DNA from: Candidatus Atabeyarchaeum deiterrae
GTDB lineage: Archaea > Asgardarchaeota > Atabeyarchaeia > Atabeyarchaeales > Atabeyarchaeaceae
NCBI GenBank assembly: GCA_037310415.1
Contig: CP147780.1
Coordinates: forward strand, 96,001-160,000
Direction: 5' to 3'
DNA: 64,000 bases
Part shown: positions 29,077-38,472 of the stretch, in pieces
How the letters are laid out: each line of letters opens with the position of its first letter
Numbering within the stretch: the stretch's first letter is position 1
Made by a program: the position numbers and the translations under genes
Notes under the pieces: model-generated
Seen by the model: only the letters and a program-made list of their open reading frames with translations
What the model was told of the DNA's origin: nothing
Database searches by the model: none

Positions 29077-30300
29077 TTGGATAAATCGAACAAATGGACA
29101 GTTCTTGATCCCATCATGAAGCCCAATTGGAGACATGACCAATGTCCGCATCTTCTCATTGATACGGAAGGGGGTAAAAATCACTGGAAATGTGAATCTG
29201 GGTACGATATCGATTTCTTCGCTGACAACACATCATTCGGTGATCCTAATAACATTGCCAAAGCGGCTGGATGCATATTCGCTGAAGGAACCTGCCCGCT
29301 CAGGATTCAGGAGAAATGGAAGAGCAACCAAAAAGAAGAACTGTCTAGACAAAAAGTGGAAGGGAAGCCTCGCTCACCTCCAGCGATCCTGATATCAATG
29401 AAAAAAGGTGGACAAGAAGCCAAGCAGTTTAGAGTTCTCGATTCTCTTGAGAATACTGGAGGGAGTACAACAAATGATCTTCGTATGGCTACTGGATTCA
29501 GCCAGTCAACACTTGCTGAGATCTTGGGTGAACTTAGCGAGAAAGGTCACATTTCCAAGTTGAGAAGGAAGGGAGCCTGGCAACTTACCGAGAGCGGGAA
29601 GGATAGCGTCCATCTTGAGAGGAACATAAGTCTTGTTGGGTATGCTGCAAAAGAGAACTCCATGACTTTTGTTGTTGATGACCGCAAGAGCCATGGCAAC
29701 ATTAGAGCTGCAGTGTTGCGTTTTGATCCAATGCTTGGGAATCGCCTCATGAAATTGCATAATGACAAGAAGCATGTTCAAGCCCTAGTGGAGCTTCTCA
29801 ACATCTCGGCGATAATCTGGTGCGAGTTTGCAGAATCGGAGGGAACCAAAGGAATGGGAATGTCCACTTCCGGAGATTCAAGAGACTCACTTGTATTCTG
29901 CGTACTTACCATGCCAAGAAGTGGTTATCCAAGTGTACACGATGCGATAGTAACACAAGGGACTCCTCCTCTTATAATAGGATCAATGGCTCTGGCAGCG
30001 CTTGAAAGACAATTAAGTCTCAGAAAAAGACTAATGGCAGCTGACGGCACGAAAGTGTCAGAGAATCAGTTCTGTCTACCACTAGGTGACTACCTAGCGG
30101 TCGCCACAAAACTCCCTCAGAAACCAAGCGTTGTGAGATCGAAAGGCATACTTGAGTATCAATTGATATGCTTAAGATGCGATCAAACTGGTAAGTGCGA
30201 AGATTCTCGGGAACCTTGTCGTTTTTCTGGAGATCCGTTATCGTGCGATGTTGTAACAAAAGATCTCAACTTACACTTGTCAGAACTTACAATAAACTGA
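29077..30300 (+). CDS. Winged-HTH protein with Cys-rich termini
   Basis: STTNDLRMATGFSQSTLAEILGELSEKGHI...WQLTESG is a wHTH. C-terminal CLRC...C...C...C. Confidence 0.7.
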   Translation: MDKSNKWTVLDPIMKPNWRHDQCPHLLIDTEGGKNHWKCESGYDIDFFADNTSFGDPNNIAKAAGCIFAEGTCPLRIQEKWKSNQKEELSRQKVEGKPRSPPAILISMKKGGQEAKQFRVLDSLENTGGSTTNDLRMATGFSQSTLAEILGELSEKGHISKLRRKGAWQLTESGKDSVHLERNISLVGYAAKENSMTFVVDDRKSHGNIRAAVLRFDPMLGNRLMKLHNDKKHVQALVELLNISAIIWCEFAESEGTKGMGMSTSGDSRDSLVFCVLTMPRSGYPSVHDAIVTQGTPPLIIGSMALAALERQLSLRKRLMAADGTKVSENQFCLPLGDYLAVATKLPQKPSVVRSKGILEYQLICLRCDQTGKCEDSREPCRFSGDPLSCDVVTKDLNLHLSELTIN

Positions 30301-30469
30301 GCGCGCTACTGATTATGAAGCCTGTCAAGAAAAAGGCTGGAGTCTATAAGAGAAAAGCGCGCTTAACCCTTGAATAATTCCCTTTTTCTGTATTCCACTT
30401 GTTTCTGGGTATGGTTGGTTATTATGGTTAGAACGTCGAGTAGATTCTAAGACTTCGAAAGAGGCGATC

Positions 30470-30597
30470 GTCTACTCCTTCTCAAAGAACTCCTCATACG
30501 ACGGCGGCCGAGGATAGAGACCTCTGCGCTTCCTAATCTGACCAATCATGTCAACCCGCATGTTATCCCAAGCTGGTGCCCAGCGAGAGCGATGGGA
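30470..30597 (-). pseudogene. Displaced, diverged copy of the 3' end of the EF-2 gene (att-like direct repeat)
   Basis: Encodes WAPAWDNMRVDMIGQIRKRRGLYPRPPSYEEFFEKE* versus EF-2 WAPVPESMQADIIGQIRKRRGLDPRPPSYEDFLEKE*. 26/36 aa identical, no indels. Confidence 0.95.
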
Positions 30598-33270
30598 TTG
30601 TATCCCACGACTCCACCTGACTAGTGACGCTTCAGCCACCACAGTTCCTCCGGCTGTCTCAAACCGTTGTGCGAAGCGATGCCTTTAACGTAATACTGAA
30701 GTATCGCTGATGACATACAGCATGTAAAGAAGACTCAGACCCCGTGAAGAAAGACATGGCTATATTCACCGACGTTTTGCCTCATATTCAGAAAGAGGAG
30801 GACAGCGACCTTAGGCGCTTCGCCGACTTCCTGTTTGGGAATGGAATCCAAAAGATCACAGTTCTAGACAAACCAGACAGGACAAAGAAGAATGGATGTC
30901 GCCAAGGCAACTTTGACTATCTTCTCCAGATTGAACAGAGCGGAAGGCTGGCCGTGGAGTTCACCCGGCTCTATGGAACAAAGGAGCAGATAAAGAAATT
31001 ACACAAAAGAGTCAATCTCGTGGAAGCCTTCATGCAAGAGCAACAAAGACACCTATCAAAGCACGGAACAATGGATTTTCAAGGTCTCTGGAATGTCGAA
31101 GATCCCGAGAATTTCGGTGCGACTCTCACAAAGTCGAAGAGGATTGCGCATGAAAACTTCCCTCGTTTGGTAAGCGCAATAAAGGAAAAGAGATCTACCA
31201 TTGAGATAGCGGGTTGTACGCTAAGACTGAGACAGGCGGGATTCGAGCAGTCTGGTCGCCTGTATTTCATGATGATGACGATGATTATAGAGCGATCAGC
31301 GGATTTTGAATCGTCTTTGAGAGACATGTTGTCAGCTAAGAATGAGCAACTGACAGTGGAGGGAGCAGAGCGTGTTCTTGTCATAATCAACAAGCATGGT
31401 GTACACGAGTCAAATACAGTTATAGGGGCACTCTCCAAAGTTGCCGAAATCTGGCACTACAGTAACTTTGATAAGATATACTTCGAGCAGAATGCTGGCT
31501 ATTTCGTTCTAATTTTCAGCAAGGAGTTGAGAGATGCCTGGATATCAAATGCTCTTTCTTTCAACCACTCTTTCATTAAGCCTTTCCAGTTATGGATATC
31601 CCATTTGCGAGACTCGGATCCGAGCAGGTTTTTTGTGCTCACTAGAGGAATTCTGACCGGAAATCCTCATGAGATCTTTCCTGACAGTCGTGTCAGAGAG
31701 AATCTTGTGAGAATTGGGGAATGGCTAACTGAACAAGGAAGATATGAGGACGTCACGTGGCTCATTGACAGATTCATCGATGATCCAGATCCAGAAGAGC
31801 CAGGTTCTCTGGGAGACCACGGGCTTAGATATCATAAGGACATCCTTCTCGGAGAAGACATCCCAGTCTCCGAGACGGTACTGGGTAATCTTGCTTGGGT
31901 TATACAAAAACTCGCCCTCCACATAGAGTACGTGAACACAGCTCTGGATTACACGAAGAAGCTTGCATCTCACAAAAACATGTACGTGAAACTACACGCT
32001 ATCCTCCCCTTGGTCGAAATAGCAATCAGGAGGCGATATCTAAAATCCTACGGCAAAACGCCACGCCAGGGGGCATATAAGGACTTTCACGATCTAGCTT
32101 TCAATTTACTGAGGGTTGTCGAGGAAAATCCGAGATGCTTGGCCATAGCCAATCGCCTCTGTAGGGTATTCTGTCACTACATAGAGTTGTCTACTGGCGA
32201 GGCGGAGCGCGTCTTAGACGCGCTGAAGATCACTCGGGAGGCTGCTGGAATATTCGTTAGCTACTGTGTGCTCAATCGAACGACGCTTGTCAATCTCGAC
32301 GCTCGAGACGACGGCGGAAAATTGGACAAGAGACTCCGTGAGATAATTATCGCCAAAAGTGACAAATATCGTGAACTCCGCGCGAGAATCGTATGGATGA
32401 TCTTTCAAGCTCTCGACCAGAACCCATCTGACTTTGACGCATTCAGACCCTACATAGACTTGTGTTTGGAGCAGCAATACAGTACAGAGTTCTACAATAG
32501 AATCGAGTTGATTTTAAGTTTTTGGATAAGGAAACGGCCTGATATCTGTATCCATTGGTTCAGATTGATGCTCAAGCAGGTCTCTTACGTAGCGGAGTCT
32601 GAGAGTCAAGTAGTTGCTCGAGGCGGCATATGGCTACTCTACGCTGAGAGCATCATTGAGGCAGTAGCTATGGAACGTCCTAGTGAACTGGCAGGGCTAA
32701 TGAAAAACCTGGTGACACTTTGGAAAAGCAGAGTGTGGATTGGAGATCTCAGACGATTGTTCGAAAGTTACAGACTGGTATCGGATAAGAAAAGGAGAAC
32801 GGAAATCAGGAGCGAGTTTCAGCTCCTTTATGACTCTGTAAATCTGCTGCATCCGAATGCTTGCAAGGTTGACTGGGACTGAATGCGCATAGGCGCCCAA
32901 CAAGGGATCCGTCAAAAGATTGAAGCCAGTCACTTCAACAAAGAGTAAAGAAAGATATTGAGGCACAATGAATTCTTGAAATCGTAGCAACGTCCGTAAA
33001 AGGGTACCCCGCAAAGAAAGCTTTTCCTGAGAAGAGGCCAGCGTCGGACTCAGGGTTGAGTTTAATGATTCCTTTTTCAACGCCTTTCAATGCTATTCCA
33101 CAAAGAAATGAAGGGGAAATTGTTTCTTCGCTGGCTGCCGCTGTCTACTCCTTCTCTAAGAAATCCTCATAGGACGGCGGACGCGGATCCAAACCCCTAC
33201 GCTTCCTAATCTGACCAATAATATCCGCCTGCATACTCTCGGGCACAGGGGCCCAGTGCGAGAATTGGCT
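30596..33270. mobile_element. About 2.7-kb one-gene islet inserted at the EF-2 3' end
   Basis: Bounded by direct copies of the EF-2 3' end (offset 2673 bp). Carries only 30744..32882. No integrase. Confidence 0.6.
30744..32882 (+). CDS. N-terminal PD-(D/E)XK-like nuclease plus alpha-helical solenoid protein (putative defence)
   Basis: PDR...NFDYLL...LAVEFTRL nuclease-like motif. The helical C-terminus contains FIDDPDP and TVLGNLAW. Confidence 0.6.
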   Translation: MKKDMAIFTDVLPHIQKEEDSDLRRFADFLFGNGIQKITVLDKPDRTKKNGCRQGNFDYLLQIEQSGRLAVEFTRLYGTKEQIKKLHKRVNLVEAFMQEQQRHLSKHGTMDFQGLWNVEDPENFGATLTKSKRIAHENFPRLVSAIKEKRSTIEIAGCTLRLRQAGFEQSGRLYFMMMTMIIERSADFESSLRDMLSAKNEQLTVEGAERVLVIINKHGVHESNTVIGALSKVAEIWHYSNFDKIYFEQNAGYFVLIFSKELRDAWISNALSFNHSFIKPFQLWISHLRDSDPSRFFVLTRGILTGNPHEIFPDSRVRENLVRIGEWLTEQGRYEDVTWLIDRFIDDPDPEEPGSLGDHGLRYHKDILLGEDIPVSETVLGNLAWVIQKLALHIEYVNTALDYTKKLASHKNMYVKLHAILPLVEIAIRRRYLKSYGKTPRQGAYKDFHDLAFNLLRVVEENPRCLAIANRLCRVFCHYIELSTGEAERVLDALKITREAAGIFVSYCVLNRTTLVNLDARDDGGKLDKRLREIIIAKSDKYRELRARIVWMIFQALDQNPSDFDAFRPYIDLCLEQQYSTEFYNRIELILSFWIRKRPDICIHWFRLMLKQVSYVAESESQVVARGGIWLLYAESIIEAVAMERPSELAGLMKNLVTLWKSRVWIGDLRRLFESYRLVSDKKRRTEIRSEFQLLYDSVNLLHPNACKVDWD

Positions 33271-35349
33271 AGCCCAGAACGCTCTTCCTTCGGTGGAGGA
33301 TCTGAGTTCTTCTGCGAGTCCGAAGCTTTCGGCTACCGGAATATTGGCTTTCACGATCATCATGTCTTCCTCAGTAGGTATGTCCAAGACATGACCGCGC
33401 CTTTTCTGGATTGTTGACAACACGGGACTGACGAAGTCTGAGGGAACCTTAACTTCAAGCAGCATTATGGGTTCAAGCAGCTTTGGATCACTTAACAGGA
33501 AGCAACACCAAATCGGACGCCAAGTCATAGGCAAAATTTGTGCAGGCCCCCTGTGCACTGGGTCCTCATGAAGTTCTAGGTCTGTTATGTTTACTTTGAG
33601 TCCGTATGCGTGTTCTTTTGTTAGGACGCTGTCGTCTACTGCGTCTCTGAATCCTGCTTTTACTTGTTCTATTACTTCTTCTACGTATTGTCTTCCTTTG
33701 ACTCTGTTGACTAGGATGTTTGTGTCTTCTACTGCTATGACGTTGCGTGCGTCTTCGCTTGGCCAGTTGTATGTTTTTTGGAATATTTGGTGGCGTTCGT
33801 CTTTTGATTGCATGTCGGTTATTTTTTCTTCTTTTATGGCTTGTATGATTTCTTCTGGGAGTTTTTCGATTGTTATCCAGCATCTGTTGTGTTTGTTTGG
33901 TGATTTGCCGAGGATGGGGCGTCCTTCGTAGTTTTTGGTTATGGTTTCTCTGTATATGACTATGGGTTTTGATGTTTTGACTTTTAGTCCTGCTTCTTGC
34001 ATTCTGTATGCGGTTATTTCGAGGTGTAGTTCGCCCATGCCGCTTAGGAGGTATTCGCCTGATTCTTTGTTCATGGTGAATCTTAGGTTGGGGTCTTCGA
34101 GTGTTAGTTTTCTTATGACTTTGTCGAATTTTGGTAGGTCTTGGACGTTTTCTGGTTCTACTGCGACTGTTACTACTGGGTCTGAGACGTAGTGTAGTCC
34201 TTCGAAGGGTTGGACTTCGAGTGTGGGTTCTGATATTGTTTCGCCTACGCGGATTCCTTGTATTCCGCTGATTGCGGCTATGTTTCCTGCGGGGATTTTG
34301 TCGACTATGACTCTGTCGGCTGCCATTGACATGTAGACTTGTTGTATTTTTCCTTCGTTTTTGGATGTGATGAGTTTGATTGGTTTTCCTTTTTCGACTG
34401 TTCCGCTGAAGACTCTTCCGATGGCTATGACGCCGCTTTGGGGGTCTACTTCGATGGTTGATATGCACATTAGGAGTGGGCCTTTGTCATTGACGGTTGA
34501 GAGTGATTTGCCCATTTCGCTTTGTAGGTCTCCTGGCCAGATGACTGGTGCTCTGTAGGATTGGGCTTCTAGCGGATTCGGTAGGTGCTGCACGAACATG
34601 TCTAGTACGGTTTCTTGTAGGGGGGAGCGTTTTGCTAGTTCTTCGAGGCTTCCGCCTTCTTTGTGTGCATCGATTATGTCTTTGAAGGTGAGTTTGTTGG
34701 CTTGCATGTGTGGGTAGTTTGTGCCCCATTTGTAGAGTGCTGCGCCGAATGCGACTCTCCCATCTTCTACCTCGACTTGCCAGTCTTTCTTATGTTCTGG
34801 CGGAGCATATTTCTCTATTAGGGTGTTCACTTTTCTGATGATTTTGGCGAATTTCTCTTGGATGGTTTGTGGGGTAAGTCTGATTTCTTTTATGAGTCGG
34901 TCGACTTTGTTGATGAAGAGAAGTGGTTTCACTCTTTCTCTTAGTGCTTGCATTAGCACGGTTTCTGTTTGTGTCATTGGTCCTTCAACGGCGTCGACGA
35001 CTACGAGTGCGCCGTCGACTGCTCTCAGAGATCTGGTGACGGCCCCAGAGAAGTCGATGTGTCCTGGTGTGTCAATCAGGTTGATGAGATACTCTACCCC
35101 TTTGTAGGTGTGGGCGAGTGAGACGTTGCTTGCAAAGACTGTCATTTGGCGTTTCTGTTCGAGTTCCCACGAGTCCAAGAAGAGTTTCTTTCCGGCAGTT
35201 TCCTGGCTTATTATTCCTGCAGCGGCTAGTAAGCTGTCGGAGAGCGTTGTCTTGCCGTGGTCTACGTGGGCAATGATGCTGGTGTTTCTAATCTTTTGCC
35301 TTTCATTCATTAGTTTTACGATTTCGTCTACTTGCTTGTATCTTCCCAA
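33145..35349 (-). CDS. fusA: Archaeal elongation factor 2, divergent (probable aEF-2 paralogue)
   Basis: AHVDHGKTT, DTPGHIDF, NKVD, GMGELHLE and HEDPVHRGPAQ. Switch I reads RQMTV instead of RGITI. Confidence 0.95.
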   Translation of the reverse strand: MGRYKQVDEIVKLMNERQKIRNTSIIAHVDHGKTTLSDSLLAAAGIISQETAGKKLFLDSWELEQKRQMTVFASNVSLAHTYKGVEYLINLIDTPGHIDFSGAVTRSLRAVDGALVVVDAVEGPMTQTETVLMQALRERVKPLLFINKVDRLIKEIRLTPQTIQEKFAKIIRKVNTLIEKYAPPEHKKDWQVEVEDGRVAFGAALYKWGTNYPHMQANKLTFKDIIDAHKEGGSLEELAKRSPLQETVLDMFVQHLPNPLEAQSYRAPVIWPGDLQSEMGKSLSTVNDKGPLLMCISTIEVDPQSGVIAIGRVFSGTVEKGKPIKLITSKNEGKIQQVYMSMAADRVIVDKIPAGNIAAISGIQGIRVGETISEPTLEVQPFEGLHYVSDPVVTVAVEPENVQDLPKFDKVIRKLTLEDPNLRFTMNKESGEYLLSGMGELHLEITAYRMQEAGLKVKTSKPIVIYRETITKNYEGRPILGKSPNKHNRCWITIEKLPEEIIQAIKEEKITDMQSKDERHQIFQKTYNWPSEDARNVIAVEDTNILVNRVKGRQYVEEVIEQVKAGFRDAVDDSVLTKEHAYGLKVNITDLELHEDPVHRGPAQILPMTWRPIWCCFLLSDPKLLEPIMLLEVKVPSDFVSPVLSTIQKRRGHVLDIPTEEDMMIVKANIPVAESFGLAEELRSSTEGRAFWASQFSHWAPVPESMQADIIGQIRKRRGLDPRPPSYEDFLEKE

Positions 35350-35713
35350 AACTGTTCAGCCTCCAGTGTAGAACTAGGAGCTACTGTGTTCTCCCATAAT
35401 TACTACTTGTTAGAATCTTCATCTCAGTCACAATTAGAAGTGATAAGCAACATGGTAGAGCAATGTTTTGAAGTGAAACGATCAAAGTAATGGAGTATAA
35501 AAGTTTTTCTAGGAGCTTTGCAGACAATACCGACCTTTGTGGCTTATTAAAAGTTGTGAGAACTGCTTGACGAATCCGTAATCAGTACCTGTAATGAGGT
35601 AAACACCATCCTGACGTGGGGACCTGTTGAATAGTTTTATAGGATTTGCAATGATAGTGATTGGTGTGAGCCGATGGGTTACCTTCATTCGATGATGTGT
35701 GGCTGAGTCATAG

Positions 35714-36007
35714 TTGAACTCTGAAGGCATTTCGGTAACGCAACTCGTAGATGTTACTGGACAAGGAGTATTCCAATTCAGAGTTGAGGTAGCAACTCCT
35801 TCATCTGACTTCAAGGATATTCCTTTCAGCCATGAGTATATGTTGTTTGGTGTGGATGGGGATGGAAGGAAGCTCTATGCATCTGCGTGGCTTGACCTTG
35901 AGAGTGTCTTGAAAGAAGTTGAACGAATATCGACAGAATTGAAATCGCGGGGCAAGACGGTCCTTGTTTCGAGCAGGGTGAGAAGCAGAGTCGTCGATAC
36001 ACTGTGA
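35714..36007 (+). CDS. Small hypothetical protein
   Basis: 97-aa ORF with TTG start, co-oriented upstream of hypF. Confidence 0.5.
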   Translation: MNSEGISVTQLVDVTGQGVFQFRVEVATPSSDFKDIPFSHEYMLFGVDGDGRKLYASAWLDLESVLKEVERISTELKSRGKTVLVSSRVRSRVVDTL

Positions 36008-36115
36008 TCCTCAGCCATGTTATTCGTTCTTTCGTTTACATACGTGAATTAATCAGCCGAGTGCGCTCATCTGATTGGTGGACTTGAACTAGGGTCAGGA
36101 TGTGTTCTTGCGTTT

Positions 36116-38404
36116 ATGCCAAGGGCTGAGATACTCGTCAAAGGGATCGTCCAGGGAGTAGGCTTCCGCCCATTTATTTACCGAATCGCAGTCAAGAATA
36201 GATTAGCAGGCTACGTCAGAAACCGTGGAGATGCTGGGGTCGAGATTGTAGTCGAGGGAAGAAGAAGTGATATTGACCAGTTTGTGTCTGATATAAGGGA
36301 GGAGAAACCTCCACTTGCCCAGATATATGACATGGACGTCAAGTTCATCGACGGCGTGGACAGTGCTTTTTCCGGATTCTCGATTTCTGAGAGTTCAATT
36401 GAGAGAGAACTTTCAGGATCGGTGGTCCCTCCTGACGTTGCCATATGTGACGAATGTGTGAAGGAACTCAGGAATCCGCATGATAGAAGGCATGATTACT
36501 TCTTCACAACGTGCACGAATTGCGGACCCAGATATACTACGATCCTCGGATTGCCGTATGATAGACCGAATACGACAATGCAGGGTTTTGAAATGTGTGA
36601 TGAGTGCAAGGCGGAGTATGTCGACTCCAAGGATAGGAGGTTTCATGCTCAGACGATCGCTTGCCCTAGGTGTGGACCTAAGGTCTATCTTCTTGAGAAG
36701 GACGGCAGTCGAGTGGAGAGCGAAGATCCTGTTAGAGCTGCGGGAAAACTCATTGAAGAAGGGTACGTGCTGGCTGTCAAAGGTAATGGTGGGTTTCATG
36801 TCGCCACGTCCACTTTGAAGGATGAACCTTTGGATCGACTGAGAAGGGTTAAGCATCGTTCTCAAAAACCATTTGCCATAATGTCGCCGACTATTGGACG
36901 AATACGAGAGTATGCCAGGGTGAATAGATCTGAAGAGGGGCTTCTGACCTCATATATGAAGCCGATAGTTTTACTGGATAAGAGTGAGGATTACCAGCTT
37001 TCAGATCTCGTTGCTCCGGGGTTGCATAATGTCGGGGTTATGTTGCCTTACACAGGCCTTCATATGATGTTGTTTGACGCGGTTGGTGAACCTGCGTTTG
37101 TGATGACAAGTGCCAATCCTTCAGGCGAACCCATAGTTATCGAGGATGATAAGGCACTAAAGGAATTGGGAGGGAACCTTGTTGATTATCTGCTTGTGCA
37201 TAATAGGAGCATTGCGCAGAGATGTGATGATTCGGTCGTCAGAGTATCTCCTGCAGCCACATTGAATATCGTTAGAAGGTCAAGGGGATTCGCCCCTGCA
37301 CCATTACATCTTGAAAGAAGTTCAAAGCTGTGCACGTTAGCCGTTGGCGGCGAGTTCAATGTTACTTCATGCATTCTTCTACGAAACAAAGCATTCATCT
37401 CACAACACGTTGGAGACATAGAAAAGTATGAAACGTTCATGTTCCTCAAACAGGCAACGAGACACCTTGTCAACTTGACGAATGCTAGGGTTGAACTTGT
37501 CGCATGTGATTTACATCCCAAGTTTGCAACTACGATGCTTGCTAGAGCGTTCGGAGAGGAGTTCAAAGCTGATGTGGCACAGGTTCAACATCACCATGCC
37601 CATGTGGCTGCCCTTATGGGTGAACAACTTATCCCAGAAATGATCGGGATCTCATGCGATGGGGCGGGCTACGGAACTGACGGAAATATCTGGGGGGGAG
37701 AGGTGCTTTACTGCACAGAATACGGAAAGAGCTTTGAGAGGCTGGGTCACTTACAGGAACAACCAATGCCAGGAGGGGATTTGGCTGCGCTCCACCCACT
37801 CAGAATGGTTGCAGGTCTGCTTCACGATTACCCTGAGATCGCCGAGCGTCTTCTCAGATCAAGAAGCTCTCGCTTTCCTCATGGCAAGACTGAAATCGAT
37901 GTGGTAATGAAGCAACTGGGGTCCAAGAGAAGCCCTGTCACGTCAAGTTGTGGACGTGTTTTGGACGCCGTTTCATCACTTCTTGGAGTGTGCTATGAAA
38001 GAAGCTATGAGGGTGAACCTGCGATGAAACTTGAGTCGGTTGCTCTGAGAGGAAAGAACAAACTTGATCTCAAGACGGAATTCGTGAACGACAACGTCAT
38101 CCGTACGGACAACCTAGTATTGGCTCTTGTAGAGAACTTGGAAAAGGAAGCTATTCATGATCTTGCTAATTCGGCAGAGGAGTACATTGCAAGAAGCTTG
38201 GCAGATGTTGCGCTGCATGAGGCTGATCGATTGAGCGTCAAATGTATCGGATTTACCGGCGGAGTGGCTTACAATGGTCACATTTATTCCGTGATACAGA
38301 AGGCAGCCACCTCGCACGGATGCAAGTTCTATGGGCATAATGCGGTTCCCCCGGGGGATGGCGGGCTTTCTTTTGGACAGGCAATAGCCACAGGTTTAGG
38401 TTAG
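36116..38404 (+). CDS. hypF: Carbamoyltransferase HypF
   Basis: VQGVGFRPF, CTNCGPRY, RRFHAQ, QHHHAH, PPGDGGLSFGQ. Confidence 0.98.
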   Translation: MPRAEILVKGIVQGVGFRPFIYRIAVKNRLAGYVRNRGDAGVEIVVEGRRSDIDQFVSDIREEKPPLAQIYDMDVKFIDGVDSAFSGFSISESSIERELSGSVVPPDVAICDECVKELRNPHDRRHDYFFTTCTNCGPRYTTILGLPYDRPNTTMQGFEMCDECKAEYVDSKDRRFHAQTIACPRCGPKVYLLEKDGSRVESEDPVRAAGKLIEEGYVLAVKGNGGFHVATSTLKDEPLDRLRRVKHRSQKPFAIMSPTIGRIREYARVNRSEEGLLTSYMKPIVLLDKSEDYQLSDLVAPGLHNVGVMLPYTGLHMMLFDAVGEPAFVMTSANPSGEPIVIEDDKALKELGGNLVDYLLVHNRSIAQRCDDSVVRVSPAATLNIVRRSRGFAPAPLHLERSSKLCTLAVGGEFNVTSCILLRNKAFISQHVGDIEKYETFMFLKQATRHLVNLTNARVELVACDLHPKFATTMLARAFGEEFKADVAQVQHHHAHVAALMGEQLIPEMIGISCDGAGYGTDGNIWGGEVLYCTEYGKSFERLGHLQEQPMPGGDLAALHPLRMVAGLLHDYPEIAERLLRSRSSRFPHGKTEIDVVMKQLGSKRSPVTSSCGRVLDAVSSLLGVCYERSYEGEPAMKLESVALRGKNKLDLKTEFVNDNVIRTDNLVLALVENLEKEAIHDLANSAEEYIARSLADVALHEADRLSVKCIGFTGGVAYNGHIYSVIQKAATSHGCKFYGHNAVPPGDGGLSFGQAIATGLG

Positions 38405-38472
38405 ATCCTAATAATGTTCACAATTATCTAGAAGGAGAACATGGAACGCAGAAGAGGCAGGGTAGTGATTGC

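Noticed and set aside
24187-30429. Shared 13-mer GGTTATTATGGTT at about 24187 and 30417 (similar at about 7845)
   Set aside because: Too short to exceed chance in 64 kb, with no extended similarity. It may be only a promoter-like AT motif.
1698-32902. 12-mer AGGCGCCCAACA at about 1698 and 32891 as island-bounding att sites
   Set aside because: 12-mer matches are expected by chance at this length, and the flanks do not align.
1-33100. Prophage, integron or IS call for the island
   Set aside because: No integrase, transposase, capsid, terminase or tRNA att site could be recognised in the window.
33566-34468. 300-aa Arg/Asn/His/Thr-rich ORF overlapping EF-2 in another frame
   Set aside because: A by-product of A/C-ending codons in EF-2, which remove stops from the shifted frame. 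The composition is not protein-like.
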